DNA from: Azolla caroliniana
Lineage: Eukaryota; Plantae; Polypodiophyta
Direction: 5' to 3'
NCBI GenBank assembly: GCA_043228905.1
Contig: JBHGNT010000014.1
Location: 9,548,001 to 9,612,000, forward strand
DNA: 64,000 bases
Numbering within the stretch: the first letter of the stretch is position 1; every line of letters begins with the position of its first letter. The notes under the pieces were generated by a model. The model was not told where the DNA came from, made no database searches, and worked only from the letters and a program-made list of their open reading frames with translations. The position numbers were made by a program, and so were the translations under genes. Below, in pieces: positions 36,093 to 50,100 of this stretch.

Positions 36093-39000
36093 TGTCGAAT
36101 ACAAGTGTATAATGGACGTATTCACACTATCCCTTTGTATAGCTTAAGTTTGGGCCATTTGTGTAATTAGCATAAATGGTAGTTGCCCTATGTCGGTCAC
36201 TATATAAAGTGACCTTGTAATCTTGTTGTAAGGTTGGGGTGTTGTATTATTGCTTTGTGGAATAGAAAGTCTTTTGTGCCTCTCTCTCTCTCTCTCTCCC
36301 TATCTCTGTGCAACGACCTAGAAACTGTCATACGCAGGTACAGAGAAGAGTCGAATGCTTCTTGATCTTCCGCATCGACACGGCCTCGTCTTCAACATTT
36401 GGTATCAGAGCCTGCACACTATTCGGTCCTTCAATCCGCTGTCGGCCGTCGTCTTAACCTGCACAGCATTCTGTTTCCTGCGTCATTCGAAGAAGAGAGA
36501 AGAAGAAAAACGAGGCTTGCATCTCTTCGCGTTAGATCATCTTCGCTTGGAGTAAGCCAGCCGGTTGTACTCCGTTCCTTGTGATCGCAACCGCTCGAGG
36601 TGAAATCCCCTTGTGCAACATTGACACGATCGTGCTTCACTCGGTTAAACGGCATCCGAAAAGGTCATTAAACGCTGCTCGCCGCTCGTTGTAACCACTC
36701 GGTGCAGATCGGTCTCAAGACAACAACCCCAATTCGCGCTTCATCCGGCTGATCGACATTCGGGAGGATCAGTTGGATCTGTCTCTCTCGTCGCTGCAGC
36801 CACCCGAAGCAGAATCGGTCCAGATAATCGGTTTCAATAATCGGTATTCGGCATATATATCCGAAGCGAACCGGGCTCACTCCGACTCGGCAACATTCGG
36901 GAAGACCAGTCGGTCCTGTCCCTCAAGTTACCGGAGTCAATTCGAGCAAGTTCAACAATACATATATCCGAAGCCGAACCGACTCGGGTTCAAATCCGAC
37001 TAGAACGATATCGGGTGAGCCAACCGGCTGCACTCCAACAAGGTTCGTAGTCAACTCCGAACCGAGCTTCGTCAACCGAAACCAAATTTGATGGCATCAA
37101 CATCCGGCTCGTCAGAAATGAGTCTACGAAAGTTCGATGGATCGAACTTCAACTTCTGGAAGGAACAAATGCAGGACTATCTCATAGTCAAGGGGCAAAT
37201 CGATCCCATCGAAAATGAAGAACCTCCAGAAGGATACAAACCAATTGAGTGGCAGAAGCTGGACAGAATCGTCCGCGCCACGATTCGGATGCACCTATCG
37301 GAATCGGTATACTTTACGGTGCAATCGTGTACGACAGCATTCAAACTGTGGAAAACACTGTCGGACACTTACGAAAAGAAGGTCGCCGCAACGAAGATGT
37401 TTCTGATCCGGCGCCTCTACAACTTGCGGATGAAAGAATCCGATTCGGTTCAAGCACACCTCAATGAGTACGAAAGCATAAGCTCCCAAATCTCGTCACA
37501 GGGGATGGCAATCGAGGATGAACTCAGAGCAATGATACTCATGAGCAGCCTTCCCTCATCATGGGAAACTTTCGTCACAACCGTGTGCAACGCGTCAACC
37601 ACGGCTGTTAAATACTCCGAAGTCACGAGCGCAATCCTGACCGAAGCAGCTCGGAGAAAGTCTTTCGCCAAAGACTCAACAGACAACGCTTACGTAGTAC
37701 AAGGTTCGACAGACCGATCGAACATACGAGGAAGAGATTCCTCACGGCCGCCGAACAATCAGCGAAGACGGAGCCAGTCACGGGATAACCGAATCTGCAA
37801 CTATTGCAAGAAACCCGGACACATCAAAGCCGACTGCCGCGCACTCAAAAACAAGAACAACAAGAAGAGTGGCCGGCATGAGGAGATCAATTACGTCAGC
37901 TTCTCAGCTGATGTGCTACCAGACGACCGAATATACTATCAATCGAAAATCCAGTCGGATCAGAAGTTCTACTCACGACTGAAGAATCGAGCACATGGCT
38001 CTTAGATTCGGGCGCGTCATTTCACGTGACTCCTCATCGATCCCAATTTCGGCAATATACGATCCGTCACTCCGACTCAGTTCGAGTCGGCAACTCACAA
38101 CACTGTGACATCATCGGAATCGGCACAGTAGAGCTCAACCTTGCAGGTGGCTCTACACTTGTACTCCACAATGTCCGACATGTACCCGAGCTCTCAAGGC
38201 CATTGATCTCAGTCGGACAACTAGACGAAGACGGCATTCGTGCCGGTTTTTCTTCGGGAGGGTGGACACTCCACAGGGGGAACCTCCTGCTTGCTAGAGG
38301 ACCCAAGATACACTCCCTGTATCCGTTACATGTTACGCTCAGAGAGGGTAACCTGTTTCTGGTGGATATTCCTGTGTCATCACTATGGCACCGAAGATTA
38401 GGACACCTCAGCAAGGCCGGCATTACGCATCTTTCTGGAGCCGGATACATCCCCAAACTCTCCTTCTCCGACCACCAATTCTGCGAGCATTGCCAGTATG
38501 GCAAACAAGCAGCCGCATCACACCCGACATCAGCACCACGAGAAACGAGACCTCTCGATTTAGTCCACTCGGACGTCTGTGGCCCAATGCCGCATCAGTC
38601 TCTCGGCGGTGCCTCTTACTTCGTCAGTTTTATTGACGATTCGACTCGAAAGGTGTGGGCTTATCCAATTCGCACCAAAGATCGTGTCTTCTCGATCTTC
38701 ACCGATTGGCTCGCTATGGTAGAAAATCAAACCGACCGAAAGCTGAAATGCTTTCGGACAGACAATGGGGGAGAGTTCAAATCCGAAGAATTCGTCAAAT
38801 TCTGCCGACAACGCGGCATCCGACGTGAATTTACGGCACCACACAGTCCGGAGCAAAACGGGATTGCAGAACGAATGAATCGGACAATCCAAGAACGGAT
38901 AGTTTCCATGCTCCAACACTCCGGACTGTCGGATGGCTTCTGGGCAGAGGCTCTACTCACGGCAGTACACATAATCAATATGTCGCCAAGCAGACCTCTA

Positions 39001-41602
39001 GGACTTCAAATTCCTCAGGAACTATGGATCGGCAGTAAGCCGAATTACGACAAGCTGAGGATCTTCGGATGCGAGGCGTACGCCCTTATTCCGAAAGATG
39101 ATCGCCGAAAACTTGCACCTCGGTCCAGGAAATGCATTTTCCTTGGATATGGATCCGACGGCGAAATGGGATACCGACTCTGGGACCCCGAACGCAGACA
39201 AATCGTTCGAAGTTCGGACGTTGTGTTCAACGAGTCGGCTATGAATCCATCAGTCGAAAAACCGATCGAAGTCCGAAGGGTAACATTTTCCGATGTGCCG
39301 ACCCTTCAAGAAGGCCCCGCTCTTAACACACGGTCAGCTTCACGGGTAGCTGAACCTTACATTACCGACTCGGACAACCCCGACTCGGCACAGCAGAACA
39401 ATCCGCTTTCGGACCATCCGACCTCGATACCCGATGCGACCAGTCCAATCTTACCTCGACGATCCGAGAGACTGTCGCAACCTCCGGAGAGGTATTCTCC
39501 TGGAATTTTCTTCACCGACGCCGGCGAACCGACATCTTACGAAGAAGCATCGACATCTGTCGATTCAGCCACCTGGCATCTGGCGATGGAGTCGGAAATG
39601 CACTCCATTCGGGCAAACAAGACTTGGGATCTGGTCGAATTACCTAGGAACCGACGTGCTCTTCCTTGCAAGTGGGTTTATCGACTAAAAGAGACGTCTG
39701 ATTCGACCACCCCAAAGTACAAGGCCAGATTAGTTGCGAAGGGCTTCCCACAAGAATATGGCGTCGACTTCGACGAGATTTTTTCACCAGTGGTGAAAAT
39801 GACAACCCTTCGTTTTCTACTCGGCGTAGTGGCAGCCGACAACTTGGAGCTGATTCAGCTAGATGTCAAAACCGCCTTCCTCCATGGTGATCTTGAAGAG
39901 GAAATTTATATGGAACAGCCAAAAGGCTTCGTGGCAACTGGCCAAGAACATCTAGTCTGCCGACTCAGGAAGAGTCTATACGGCCTCAAACAGGCACCGC
40001 GACAATGGTACAAGAAGTTCGACGACTTCATCCAATCGATCGGCTTCTCAAAAAGCGATGAGGACCATTGTCTCTTTACCAACACAGCTCAAGATGGATC
40101 ACCCATCTTCCTCATCATTTACGTGGACGACATGCTAATTTCTGGACGCCACGCGGGCGAACTTGCCGATCTCATTCGGCAACTGCGGTTGAAGTTTGCC
40201 ATGAAGGACCTCGGTCCGGCACGACACATACTCGGCATGAAGATTAGTCGGCATCGCGATAAACGACATCTTTTTTTGTCTCAGACCGACTATATCCGAC
40301 GTGTCTTAGAACGCTTCAACATGCAATCAGCCAAATCTGCATCAACCCCGCTCCCCATGAATCTTCGGCTCTCTCAGCGAGACTGCCCGACATCCGGTCC
40401 GGAGGGGGAAGATATGAAGTCGGTACCGTATGCACCGGCAGTCGGCTCCCTTATGTACCTGATGGTCGCGACACGGCCTGATATTTCTCACGCCGTAGGA
40501 GTCGTTAGCAGATTTATGCACAATCCTGGCCGATCGCATTGGAACGCAGTCAAGCATGTGTTCAGATATCTGGCTGGCACAAAAGACCACGGCATTCTTT
40601 TCGGTCCGAACCAAACCTCAGGCGTAGTCGGTTACACCGACTCGGACTTCGCCGGCTGTATAGACAGTCGGAAATCAACAACCGGATACTGCTTCAAGTT
40701 CGGCAATGGAGCAATTTCGTGGAAATCGAAACTTCAGGAGTGCACAGCGACCTCAACGACCGAAGCAGAATATGTAGCTGCGTCCGACGCTGCAAAAGAA
40801 GCTTTGTGGCTCGGCCGGCTGGCGCACACGTTTCGACAAGTCGACCATGACTCGGCTCCAGTTGTCTATAGCGACAGTCAAGGTGCTGTTGCCTTGTCGA
40901 GAAATCCGGTTCACCACAACGCCTCCAAACATATTGACGTTCGATATCACTTCGTTCGGGACTGCGTCATTTCAGGGAAAATCGGTCTAGAGAAAATATC
41001 CACAACCGACAATGTCGCAGATGGAATGACCAAGTGTCTTTCGGCAGACCGCTTTCGGTCTCTTCGGCATCAGATGGGCGTAACGACAAACCAGTCCGGT
41101 TAGAGCCGGACACAGCGCAGGATGGTTTCCGACAACCGACATCAGTTCCTTAACGATCGGCTTCAACTCTTCCGACCCGACCAGTTCGGTCTTCTGCCTC
41201 GGACCCTGCCGACTCGAACAAAACTGATATGTCCGAGAACCTAGGTTTATACCTGTAATCTTAGATAACCCATGTATACGCCCATTACGGGGGAGTGTCG
41301 AATACAAGTGTATAATGGACGTATTCACACTATCCCTTTGTATAGCTTAAGTTTGGGCCATTTGTGTAATTAGCATAAATGGTAGTTGCCCTAAGTCGGT
41401 CACTATATAAAGTGACCTTGTAATCTTGTTGTAAGGTTGGGGTGTTGTATTATTGCTTTGTGGAATAGAAAGTCTTTTGTGCCTCTCTCTCTCTCTCTCT
41501 CTCCCTATCTCTGTGCAACGACCTAGAAACTGTCATACGCAGGTACAGAGAAGAGTCGAATGCTTCTTGATCTTCCGCATCGACACGGCCTCGTCTTCAA
41601 CA
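36093..41602 (+). mobile_element. Element I: young, near-intact Ty1/copia
   Basis: LTRs 36093-36397 and 41296-41602 (one substitution plus one CT unit differ), TSD GTAGG (36088-92, 41603-07), PBS TGGTATCAGAGC 36400-36411, PPT GGGGGAG. Confidence 0.97.
37091..41103 (+). CDS. I Gag-Pol polyprotein (gag, CCHC, PR, IN, RT, RNase H) with a single 1-nt frameshift near 37928
   Basis: CNYCKKPGHIKADC; WLLDSGASFH; DVCGP..TDNGGEF..ERMNRT; YVDDML; YTDSDFAG; ORFs 37088-38005 and 38026-41103. Confidence 0.9.
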
Positions 41603-42369
41603 GTAGGCACTCTCCTTAGTGGCTCAGCGTTAGCATGGTTTGCTCCATTGTTGGAAAAGGATTCTCCATTATTAAACAGTTTTGAAGAATTTATAAGTGA
41701 GTTTAAGGCCTGTTTTGGAGATACTGACAGCATAAGGACTGCAATCAACAAATTCCGGCAATTACGCCAAAGTGATCGTCCAGCTTCCGCATATGCTACA
41801 GATTTCCGCCTACTCGCTACCAATATCCCTTGGGATGATCACACATTGATGGAGCAATTCCGTTATGGCTGACGCAACGATGTCAAGGATTTACTCTTGA
41901 CCTTCCCCGAAGAGGCAAAGTCATTAACAGAAGCAATTAGTCGCTTGGTGAGATGTGACAACCGCCTCTTCGAACGACGTTCGGAACGACAATTCCAGAT
42001 TCCGAGGGCAAGATCAGAGCCTACTTATGCCTCAGTGGTAGCGAAACCTTTTCCGAGGGAGTCATATAATGCGCCTCCAGCAAGTACTCCAACTCCGATG
42101 GAAATTGACACCACGCGTCGTCGTGGACCGCTATCGGAAGAAGAAAAGCAACAACGCCGAGCAAACCGACTATGTCTTTATTGCGGTGGACCAGGGCATA
42201 TCGCGGTAAACTGTCCCCATAGGCCAAGAAGGCAGGTAAACCAAATAGTTGCTAGTTTTGATTGTACTAAACCCGAGTCTATTTCAGTAGGGATATCTGA
42301 TAGTCCTAATAGTACTAATAGCCCAAATCTAGCGAACAAATTTGATGTCCTTAGTCAGTTAGAAGAAGA

Positions 42370-45300
42370 GTTAAACAACTAAGTCCAGCCAAAATAGGAG
42401 CCGTTTGGTTGGACAGCCCTAGATCTGTGCAGCCCATTAGTGGTTCCATTCCCTCTAAGCAAGTTAGCAATGTGTTCGTAGCCCAAGTAACAGTTAGTAC
42501 TAAAAGTACTCCTCCAGTACATGTCTTAGCACTTCTAGATTCCAGAGCTGATTCTTGCTTCATGGATAGGAAATTTGCCCAAGCTCATCAGATATCTCTC
42601 AGAAAACTCCCGTGTCCTGCCCTTGTAGTAGTCGTCGATGGTCGTCCCATTGCCTCAGGAAATATCATAGAAGAGTCAAAGCCCGTTAATGTTGTCCTAG
42701 ATAATCTAGCATGTGTCATATCATTTAATATAATTAGCATCCCAGAACACCCCATTGTCTTAGGATTACCATGGTTCGAATTACATAACCTAGACATAGA
42801 TTGGCGGACAAGAGAAATCCGGCATCGAAAAGCCCAAGGGTCTACTCATGAGATTGCAACGATTTCACTACATCAGTTGCGTGAGGAAGGATGCAAGGAA
42901 GAAATGTTCCTCTTTGCAATATTAGTAAACCCCTCCAGCACCACTAAAGAGGATTCCACCGTTCAACTTCCAGAGAAGTATCATCAGTATGCCGATGTGT
43001 TTGATAAAGTACAAGCCAGTATGCTTCCTCACCATTGACCATATGATTGCCCCATCGATTTACAACCGGGGAAAGAGCCACCTTGGGGACCGATCTACAA
43101 TTTGTCACCAACTGAACTGGAAGTCCTTCGAGCCTATATAGAGGAGAATTTGGAGAATGGTTTCATACGACATTCGAAATCTCCAGCCGGCGCACCCATT
43201 TTCTTCGTCAAGAAAAAGGATGGTTCACTTCGGCTCGTTGTAGATTATCGTGGCTTGAATAAGGTTACAATCCGAAATAGGTATGCACTCCCCCTTATCT
43301 CAAGTATTTTAGAACGGATCAATGGTGCCAGGTTCTTCACGAAGATCGACTTACGGGGAGCCTATAACCTCGTACGGATCCAACCAGGAGATGAATGGAA
43401 GACCGCGTTCCGCACCAGATATGGGCACTTCGAGTATACGGTCATGTCGTTTGGCCTCACTAATGCGCCAGCAGTCTTCCAGCACATGGCAAATGATATT
43501 TTCCGAGATCTCTTGGATGTGTGTCTAATCATCTATTTGGATGATCTACTGGTTTACTCGAAGACCCAAGAAGAGCATGATTCTCATGTACTGTTAGTAC
43601 TAAAACGACTTCAAGAACATGGTCTCTATACAAAGCTGGAAAAATGTAGTTTCGGGTGCAACCAGGTGGAATTTCTCGGCTATGTCATTTCCTCAGAAGG
43701 CATCTCCATGGACCCAGCTAAGGTCAAAACGGTGGTAGAATGGCAGACTCCGCGTTCGGTGCGGGATGTGCAATGCTTTCTAGGCTTTGCCAATTTTTAC
43801 CGGAAGTTAAGGATTACTCAAAGCTCGTTTTGCCTCTTACACAACTTACTAGGAAGGGACAATCGTTCGTTTGGTCTGAAGAAGCGGACATGGCTTTTGA
43901 GAATCTTAAACAGGCATTTACATCGGCTCCGATTCTAGCTCATGTTGATCCAGAAAAACCATTCATCATTGAAGCGGACGCATCGGATTTTGCATTGGGA
44001 AGCATTCTATCACAACGAGGTAATGACGAAAAGCTACATCCTGTGGCTTTTCACTCACGCAAGTTTGACGCCGCCGAAATCAACTACGAAATTCATGATA
44101 AAGAGCTATTGGCTATAGTGGACTCTTTTATGCAATGGAGGCATTTTCTAGAGTGATCTTCTCATCAAGTCACTATATTCAGTGACCACAAAAACTTCAC
44201 CTATTTTCAAGACGCTCATGTGTTAAATCGACGTCAAGCTCGGTGGGCCCATTTTCTCACGCGTTTCGACTTCAAGATTACATATCGACCTGGGAAACAT
44301 CAAGGGAAAGCAAATGCATTATCACGGCGTTCGTACCTAGCACCGCGTCCCGGCGAGCCAGCTTTCGATAACCAAAAGCAAGTAATCTTGGGACCGGCAT
44401 GACTGCAAGCAACACAGGTCTTTGGCATGCCCATGGATTCCCACGTTATCGATATCATACGTGCGGACCTGAAGACAGATGCTTTCGCCCAAGCTATACT
44501 AGCACAAATTGATCCCTCTCGAGCGTTGTGTTCACAGCCGCAACCACCAGGTACGGACTATCGGCAATTCAAATACCATGATGGATTACTCTTCTTTAAA
44601 GAACTTTTGTATGTTCCTAATGGTTCTTCCCGCCTTCAAGTAGTACAAAACTGTCATGACACATATACAGTTGGGCATTTTGGTAGTACTAAAACATTAG
44701 ATTTAGTACAACGATCATTCTGGTGGCCCCGTATGCGACAATTTGTCGAAGATTTTGTTCGGACTTGTGACACATGCTGCAGAGCGAAAATGCCAAGGCA
44801 TCATCCATATGGTTTATTAGAACCATTACCAATTCCAAGCAAGCCGTGGCAATCCATTGTTCTAGACTTCATCATAGATCTTCCAGTCTCTAAGGGGTTC
44901 AATGCGATTCTAACAGTGGTAGATCGATATACGAAGATGACTCATTTTTTGCCATGTACTAAGGAAATCTCCAGTGAAGACACCGCCGAAATTGTCATGC
45001 GTGAAGTATGTCGGCATCATGGACTTCCCAATAGTATCATCAGCGACCGTGGACCCCAGTTCATGTCAAAATTCTGGAAGCACCTTTTTAAAATGCTCAA
45101 GGTCACTTTTAACCTCTCCTCCGGCTACCACCCACAAACCGACGGCCAAGCCGAACGAACAAATCAAACGCTGGAGCAGTAACTGCAGTGCTTTCTCAGC
45201 TATCATCAGGATGACTGGGCAGATATTCTCCACTTCGCCGAATTTGCCTATAATAACTCTATCCACGCATCGACTAAAGTTACGCCATTTTATGCTTATA

Positions 45301-45964
45301 CGGGATGTCACCCCCGGTGGTGTGTACTTGAAACCCCAGAGGTGTCCACAAATCCTTGCGCGGAGGATCGTTTGGAGCGGTTACGCAAGATACAAGCGGA
45401 TTTATCTACTCATCTCCAACAAGCTCAGCAAACACACAAGGTTTATGCGGATCGTCATCGACTCCCATCCAGTTTTAACATTGGAGATCGGGTATGGCTA
45501 CTCCGACGACACATCAAGACTACTCGCCCATGCGAGAAGTTGGATTATCGGCGATTAGGTCCTTTTCGTATCATAGGAAAGATTAATGATGTCACTTTTC
45601 GTCTCGATCTATACCTCCACAACTTCGGATACATCCGGTGTTTCATAGTTCTCTCCTTGAACCCTATCAAGAGAGCACCATCCCAGGACGTATTACACAG
45701 CCTCCACCCCCGATCGAGCTTGAAGATGGACCTGAGTACGAGGTTGCCGCCATCCTTGATTCCAAGATTGTTCGCAACAAGCTCTACTATCTAGTCGATT
45801 GTCTAGGATATAGTCCCAGTGAGCGTACTTGGGAACTGATAGAGAATGTCACCAATGCTCGTGCACTTCTTGAAGACTTCCATCATCAATATCCAGACAA
45901 ACCGGGTCCTCAATCCAAAATGACTCGTTACACTCGTCGTTTTAAAGGGCGGATAGTGTCATGA
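42370..45964 (+). pseudogene. pol: H Pol (PR-RT-RH-IN-chromodomain) with stops and frameshifts; begins with the G UUA AAC frameshift signal
   Basis: Colinear with B pol; YLDD; EYEVAAILDSK. Confidence 0.9.
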
Positions 45965-46247
45965 TATGGCAAGACTCAAACCCATGACCTTATGGTACAT
46001 GGGTCGAGCTCTTGACCATTAGACTATATATTGTAATACGTAGAATATTATTTTCATTTATGTTTTATTATAGAAAATTGATGTATATTCCAGATTTCTC
46101 TGGAACATTCTAGAAACTTCAGGAGTATTCCTTAGAACACTATAAAAGGAGGCACGAGGCATTATTTCGAACCAAATCGGTTCAACGCCAGTCGTAAGCC
46201 TCCCAGCTACTACTGTACATTCTCTTCACATAATATATATCTTTTCT

Positions 46248-46294
<47 letters not shown>

Positions 46295-46444
46295 CCTCTC
46301 ACTCACTCTTTCCTTCTCTCGAGAGTTCTTCACCTCTCTTAGTACTAATACTTCTTTTAGTACTAATTCCTTCTCTGTCTTAGTACTATTCCTGACAGTA
46401 AAGGGGTTTCAACAAAAGAAAGGGGTCGATTTTTATGAGATCTT

Positions 46445-49400
46445 TGTTGAGAAATCGATGCGGAATAGATCACAATAAACGAACTACCCGCTGAAATACG
46501 AATTACAGAAATGCTAGAAAGACAAGATAAACAAATGTACACAGAGATTTATGTACAGTGATCAGCCTGTGTTTTCTGGAACCGATGTTCCATCATGAAG
46601 GACTCGAATTTCTTGTACCATTGGTGTGGAGCTTGTTTCAGACCGTACAAGCTTTTCCTCAGTCGACACACCAGATTCTCTTTCCTTTTCTCCTCAAAGC
46701 CTTCGGGTTAATGCATGTAGATCTCTTCGTCTAACTCCCCGTGCAGAAATGCAGTTTTGACATCCAATTGTTCGATCTCTAGGTCCAAACTGGCCGCTAT
46801 GCTCAGAATAGTTTGAATGGATGTCATCTTCACGACTGGTGCAAATATTTCGTCAAAGTCGACGCCCTTCTTCTTTTGGAAACCCTTCACCACTATGCGG
46901 GCTTTATACCTGGGCTTGCTGTCAACTTCTCCAATCTTCACCTTGTAGACCCATTTATTCCTAAGTGCTCTCTTACCTTTCGGCAGCTCTACTAGGTCAT
47001 AGGTGTAATTCGCATGCAAGGATTCCATCTCCTCTTGCATCGTGTTCAGCCATTTTTCTTTTCTCTCGTTGGCAATGGCTTCTTCATAGCACTCCGGTTC
47101 ACCGTCATCAGTCAAGCGGACATATTGATTGGCATATGTAGTCGGTGCCTTCCTTTCTCTGAGTGGGTACCTTCGTCCACTCGTTGTTGGCTCTCTTCCA
47201 CATGTCTCTGCCAACTCTTCTCTTTGCTCGGGATTCTGCTCATCAATCGGCATCTCCAGGTTGGATAACTCCAACTCATATTCATCAATTGACTTCAGCA
47301 GCTCTGCCAACTCTGACTCGTAGTTAGTCAGTCTTTCCGAGTCAACCGACTCTGATTCGGCTCTATCGGCCAGTTGTCTCCTTACAGCTGTCGGTGACGA
47401 CTCACTTGGCCTTAAGTCGATAGTAGTCGAGGTTAACTGGGGAGTTGGTTCCGACTTCTCTTGCTTCCGGTCTTCAATTGTCTTGTCTTCTAGAAAGACT
47501 ACATCCCGACTTCTCACTACCTTCTTGTCGACTAAGTCCCATAACTTGTAGCCGAACTCATCTTCCGAGTATCCGATGAATATGCATGCTTTCGACTTGT
47601 TGTCGAGCTTTGACCTCTGATCCTTTGGTACATGCATATACGCCAAACATCCGAACACCTTCAGATGTTGATAAGAGACATCCTTACTTGTCCACACTCT
47701 CTGTGGGACATCACCCTTTAATGGCACTGAGGGAGACTTGTTGATCAGATAAACAACTGTGTACATCGTCTCAGCCCAATAGGATTTCAGCAGTTTCGCT
47801 TGAGAGAGCATGCTCCTCACTCTCTCCATGATCGTTCGATTCATCCTCTCTGCAAGCCCGTTCAACTCTGGGGTCTTTGGCACTGTGTATTCGATTTGAA
47901 TACCTTGGCCCTTGTAGTATTCCTCAAACTGCCCTTTGTACTCGCCACCGTTGTCAGTTGGGACAACCTTCAGTTTCTGACCCGACTCTCTTTCAGTTCT
48001 TGCTTGGAACTCCTTGAAAACTGACAGTACTTGATCCTTCGACTTCAGTACGAAGGCCCATGTTTTCCGACTGTAGTCGTCAATAAACGTTACAAAGTAT
48101 TGTCCTCCTCGATGCGATGGAGCATCCACATAGCACACATCTGTGTGCATTAGTTCCAGTGCAGCTTCTCTTCTCCTCGGTGGTCTCGTGTGGAATGTCG
48201 TCCTGTTCTGCTTTCCGGCTAAGCAGTCGACACACTTCTCTAGGTGTACTCCCTTGACTTCTGGTAGAAGTTTCTGGTCGGCTAACAGGTGCATTCCCTT
48301 CTCACTCATGTGGCCTAGCCTCTTATGCCATATCTCCCCTACCGAGTCGGCTGCGACGTTTACTTCCGATTTGCACAGTCGGGCATGCATCATGTACAAT
48401 TTGCCTTCTTTCTGTGCTCAGGCCACTATGAGATTTCCTCAGCAGAACTTCCACATGCCATTCCGAAAACTACCACTGTAGCCTTCGTCGTCAAGCCTTT
48501 GATCCCCGGCTATGACCCATCTTTACATAGCCATGATCCCCGGCTATGTAAGTCAAGAAATACTCTCTCGACGGAGTAATATGGAAGGATGCGCCGAAGT
48601 CGATCACCCACGTGCAATCTTCACTCGCAAGATTTGCACTCGTCTGTTCACAAAAGAACAGGAGTTCTTCATTGCTCATAGCAATGGCTGAAGTGTTCTC
48701 GTCATCTGGAATCTTCCGAGGTTCGACATTGTTTCCGACAGACTTATCTTTCTTCATGTGTTGGCAATCCTTCTGGAAGTGTCCAGGTTTTCCGCAATAG
48801 AAGCACGCAGGCTTTCCTCTGGACTTCGATTTGGCGTGGGATTTGTCTGTTCACTGCGGACTTCTTCTTCGCCGGTCTCTTCCTTTGTCCATATGTTGAG
48901 TCAGATTCGACTTCGTTTGGGACAGGACTCCTTTGTCTTTCCTCCTTGCCTCCTTGTTTAGGATGTTTGTCTTCACCGTTTGTAAAGACAAGTTCTCTTC
49001 TTGACAAGAGGTGCTGAGAGTAACCACCAGGTTCTCCCAGCTTTCCGGCAGTGTGCACATCAGCAGAATGGCCTACATTGCGTCATCCAGGGGAAACTTG
49101 GTCGTGGCAAGTTGATTTACATACCCCATAAATGTGTTGATGTGTTCAATGATGCTCTCACCGTCTCTGTATTTCAGGCGTACGATTTTTCTCATTAGCG
49201 AGGTTTTGTTTAGCGTGTTCTTCCTCTCGTACAGTACCGACAGCTTCTGCCACATCTCGTGGGCATTCGTGTCGTTCGCCACATGCTGAAGGACACTTAC
49301 ATCGACACATTGTCGGATTGTGGCCACCGCCTTCCTATTCAGAAGCTTCCAGTTCAACTCCAATACCCCCCTGGGTATTTCTGCTCTGTCAACTGGCTCG

Positions 49401-50095
49401 TACAGGTCTTTGACTATGAGAAGGTCTTCCACCTTTATCTTCCAGTCTGCATAGTTATGTGAGTTTAGAACTATCATACCTGGGAAACCGCTAACACCTC
49501 CTTCCATGCTTGCACCTAAAGCTCTGATACCAGTTTGTTGAGAAGTCAATGCGGAATAGATCACAATATACGAACTACGCGCTGAAATATGAATTATAGA
49601 AATGCTAGAAAGACAAGATAAACAAATGTACTCAGAGATTTACGTGGAAACCCCAAAACGGGGAAAACCACGGGTGAACAAAACTTCACTATAACTAGTG
49701 GATATACAACACAGAGATGATTACAACACTCTATCGAGTGTATCAGCCATACAAGGCTCTTCGCGTTTGTTGTTACACACACAGCTATGGTGCGGCTCAC
49801 ACACACTCTCTGCACACTCTCTAATCTCTGTTTTTTCTCTTCATCTCACAAACAACATGTTTTCCCTAGTTGCATATATACTTACGCAACTTTCTGGTTA
49901 TTTACATACGTAGCCCTCATGGGGCGCACACTTAGACTATTTACAAATATAGTCTCCCGAGTTGGTTATTTACACGATTCCAATTTCGGCCTCGGCCGAG
50001 TTCCTCATCAACTTGGCTCCTGTTTTCTGACTCTTCGATTGTCAGCTTTCCGAACAGTTGGATCATCCTCCCACTAGAGGGACATATTCCCAACA
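46445..50095 (-). mobile_element. Element J: Ty1/copia (D family) with a deletion from mid-RT into the 3' LTR
   Basis: TSD ATCTT (46440-44, 50096-100); 5' LTR 49536-50095; PBS 49521-49532; only ~108 bp of the 3' LTR (46445-~46552); gag from 49507; ORF 46708-48399 encodes IN and N-terminal RT. Confidence 0.92.
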
Positions 50096-50100
50096 ATCTT

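Larger units (their letters stand above)
35168..46397 (+). mobile_element. Element H: chromovirus, sister subfamily of B; gag interrupted by I
   Basis: LTRs 35168-35630 and 45957-46397, TSD GTAAA (35163-67, 46398-402), gag 35725-42382, pol with chromodomain. Confidence 0.96.

Noticed and set aside
37900-38026. Programmed gag/pol frameshift in copia I
   Set aside because: No slippery heptamer seen and plant copia normally have one ORF; a 1-nt deletion or assembly error is simpler
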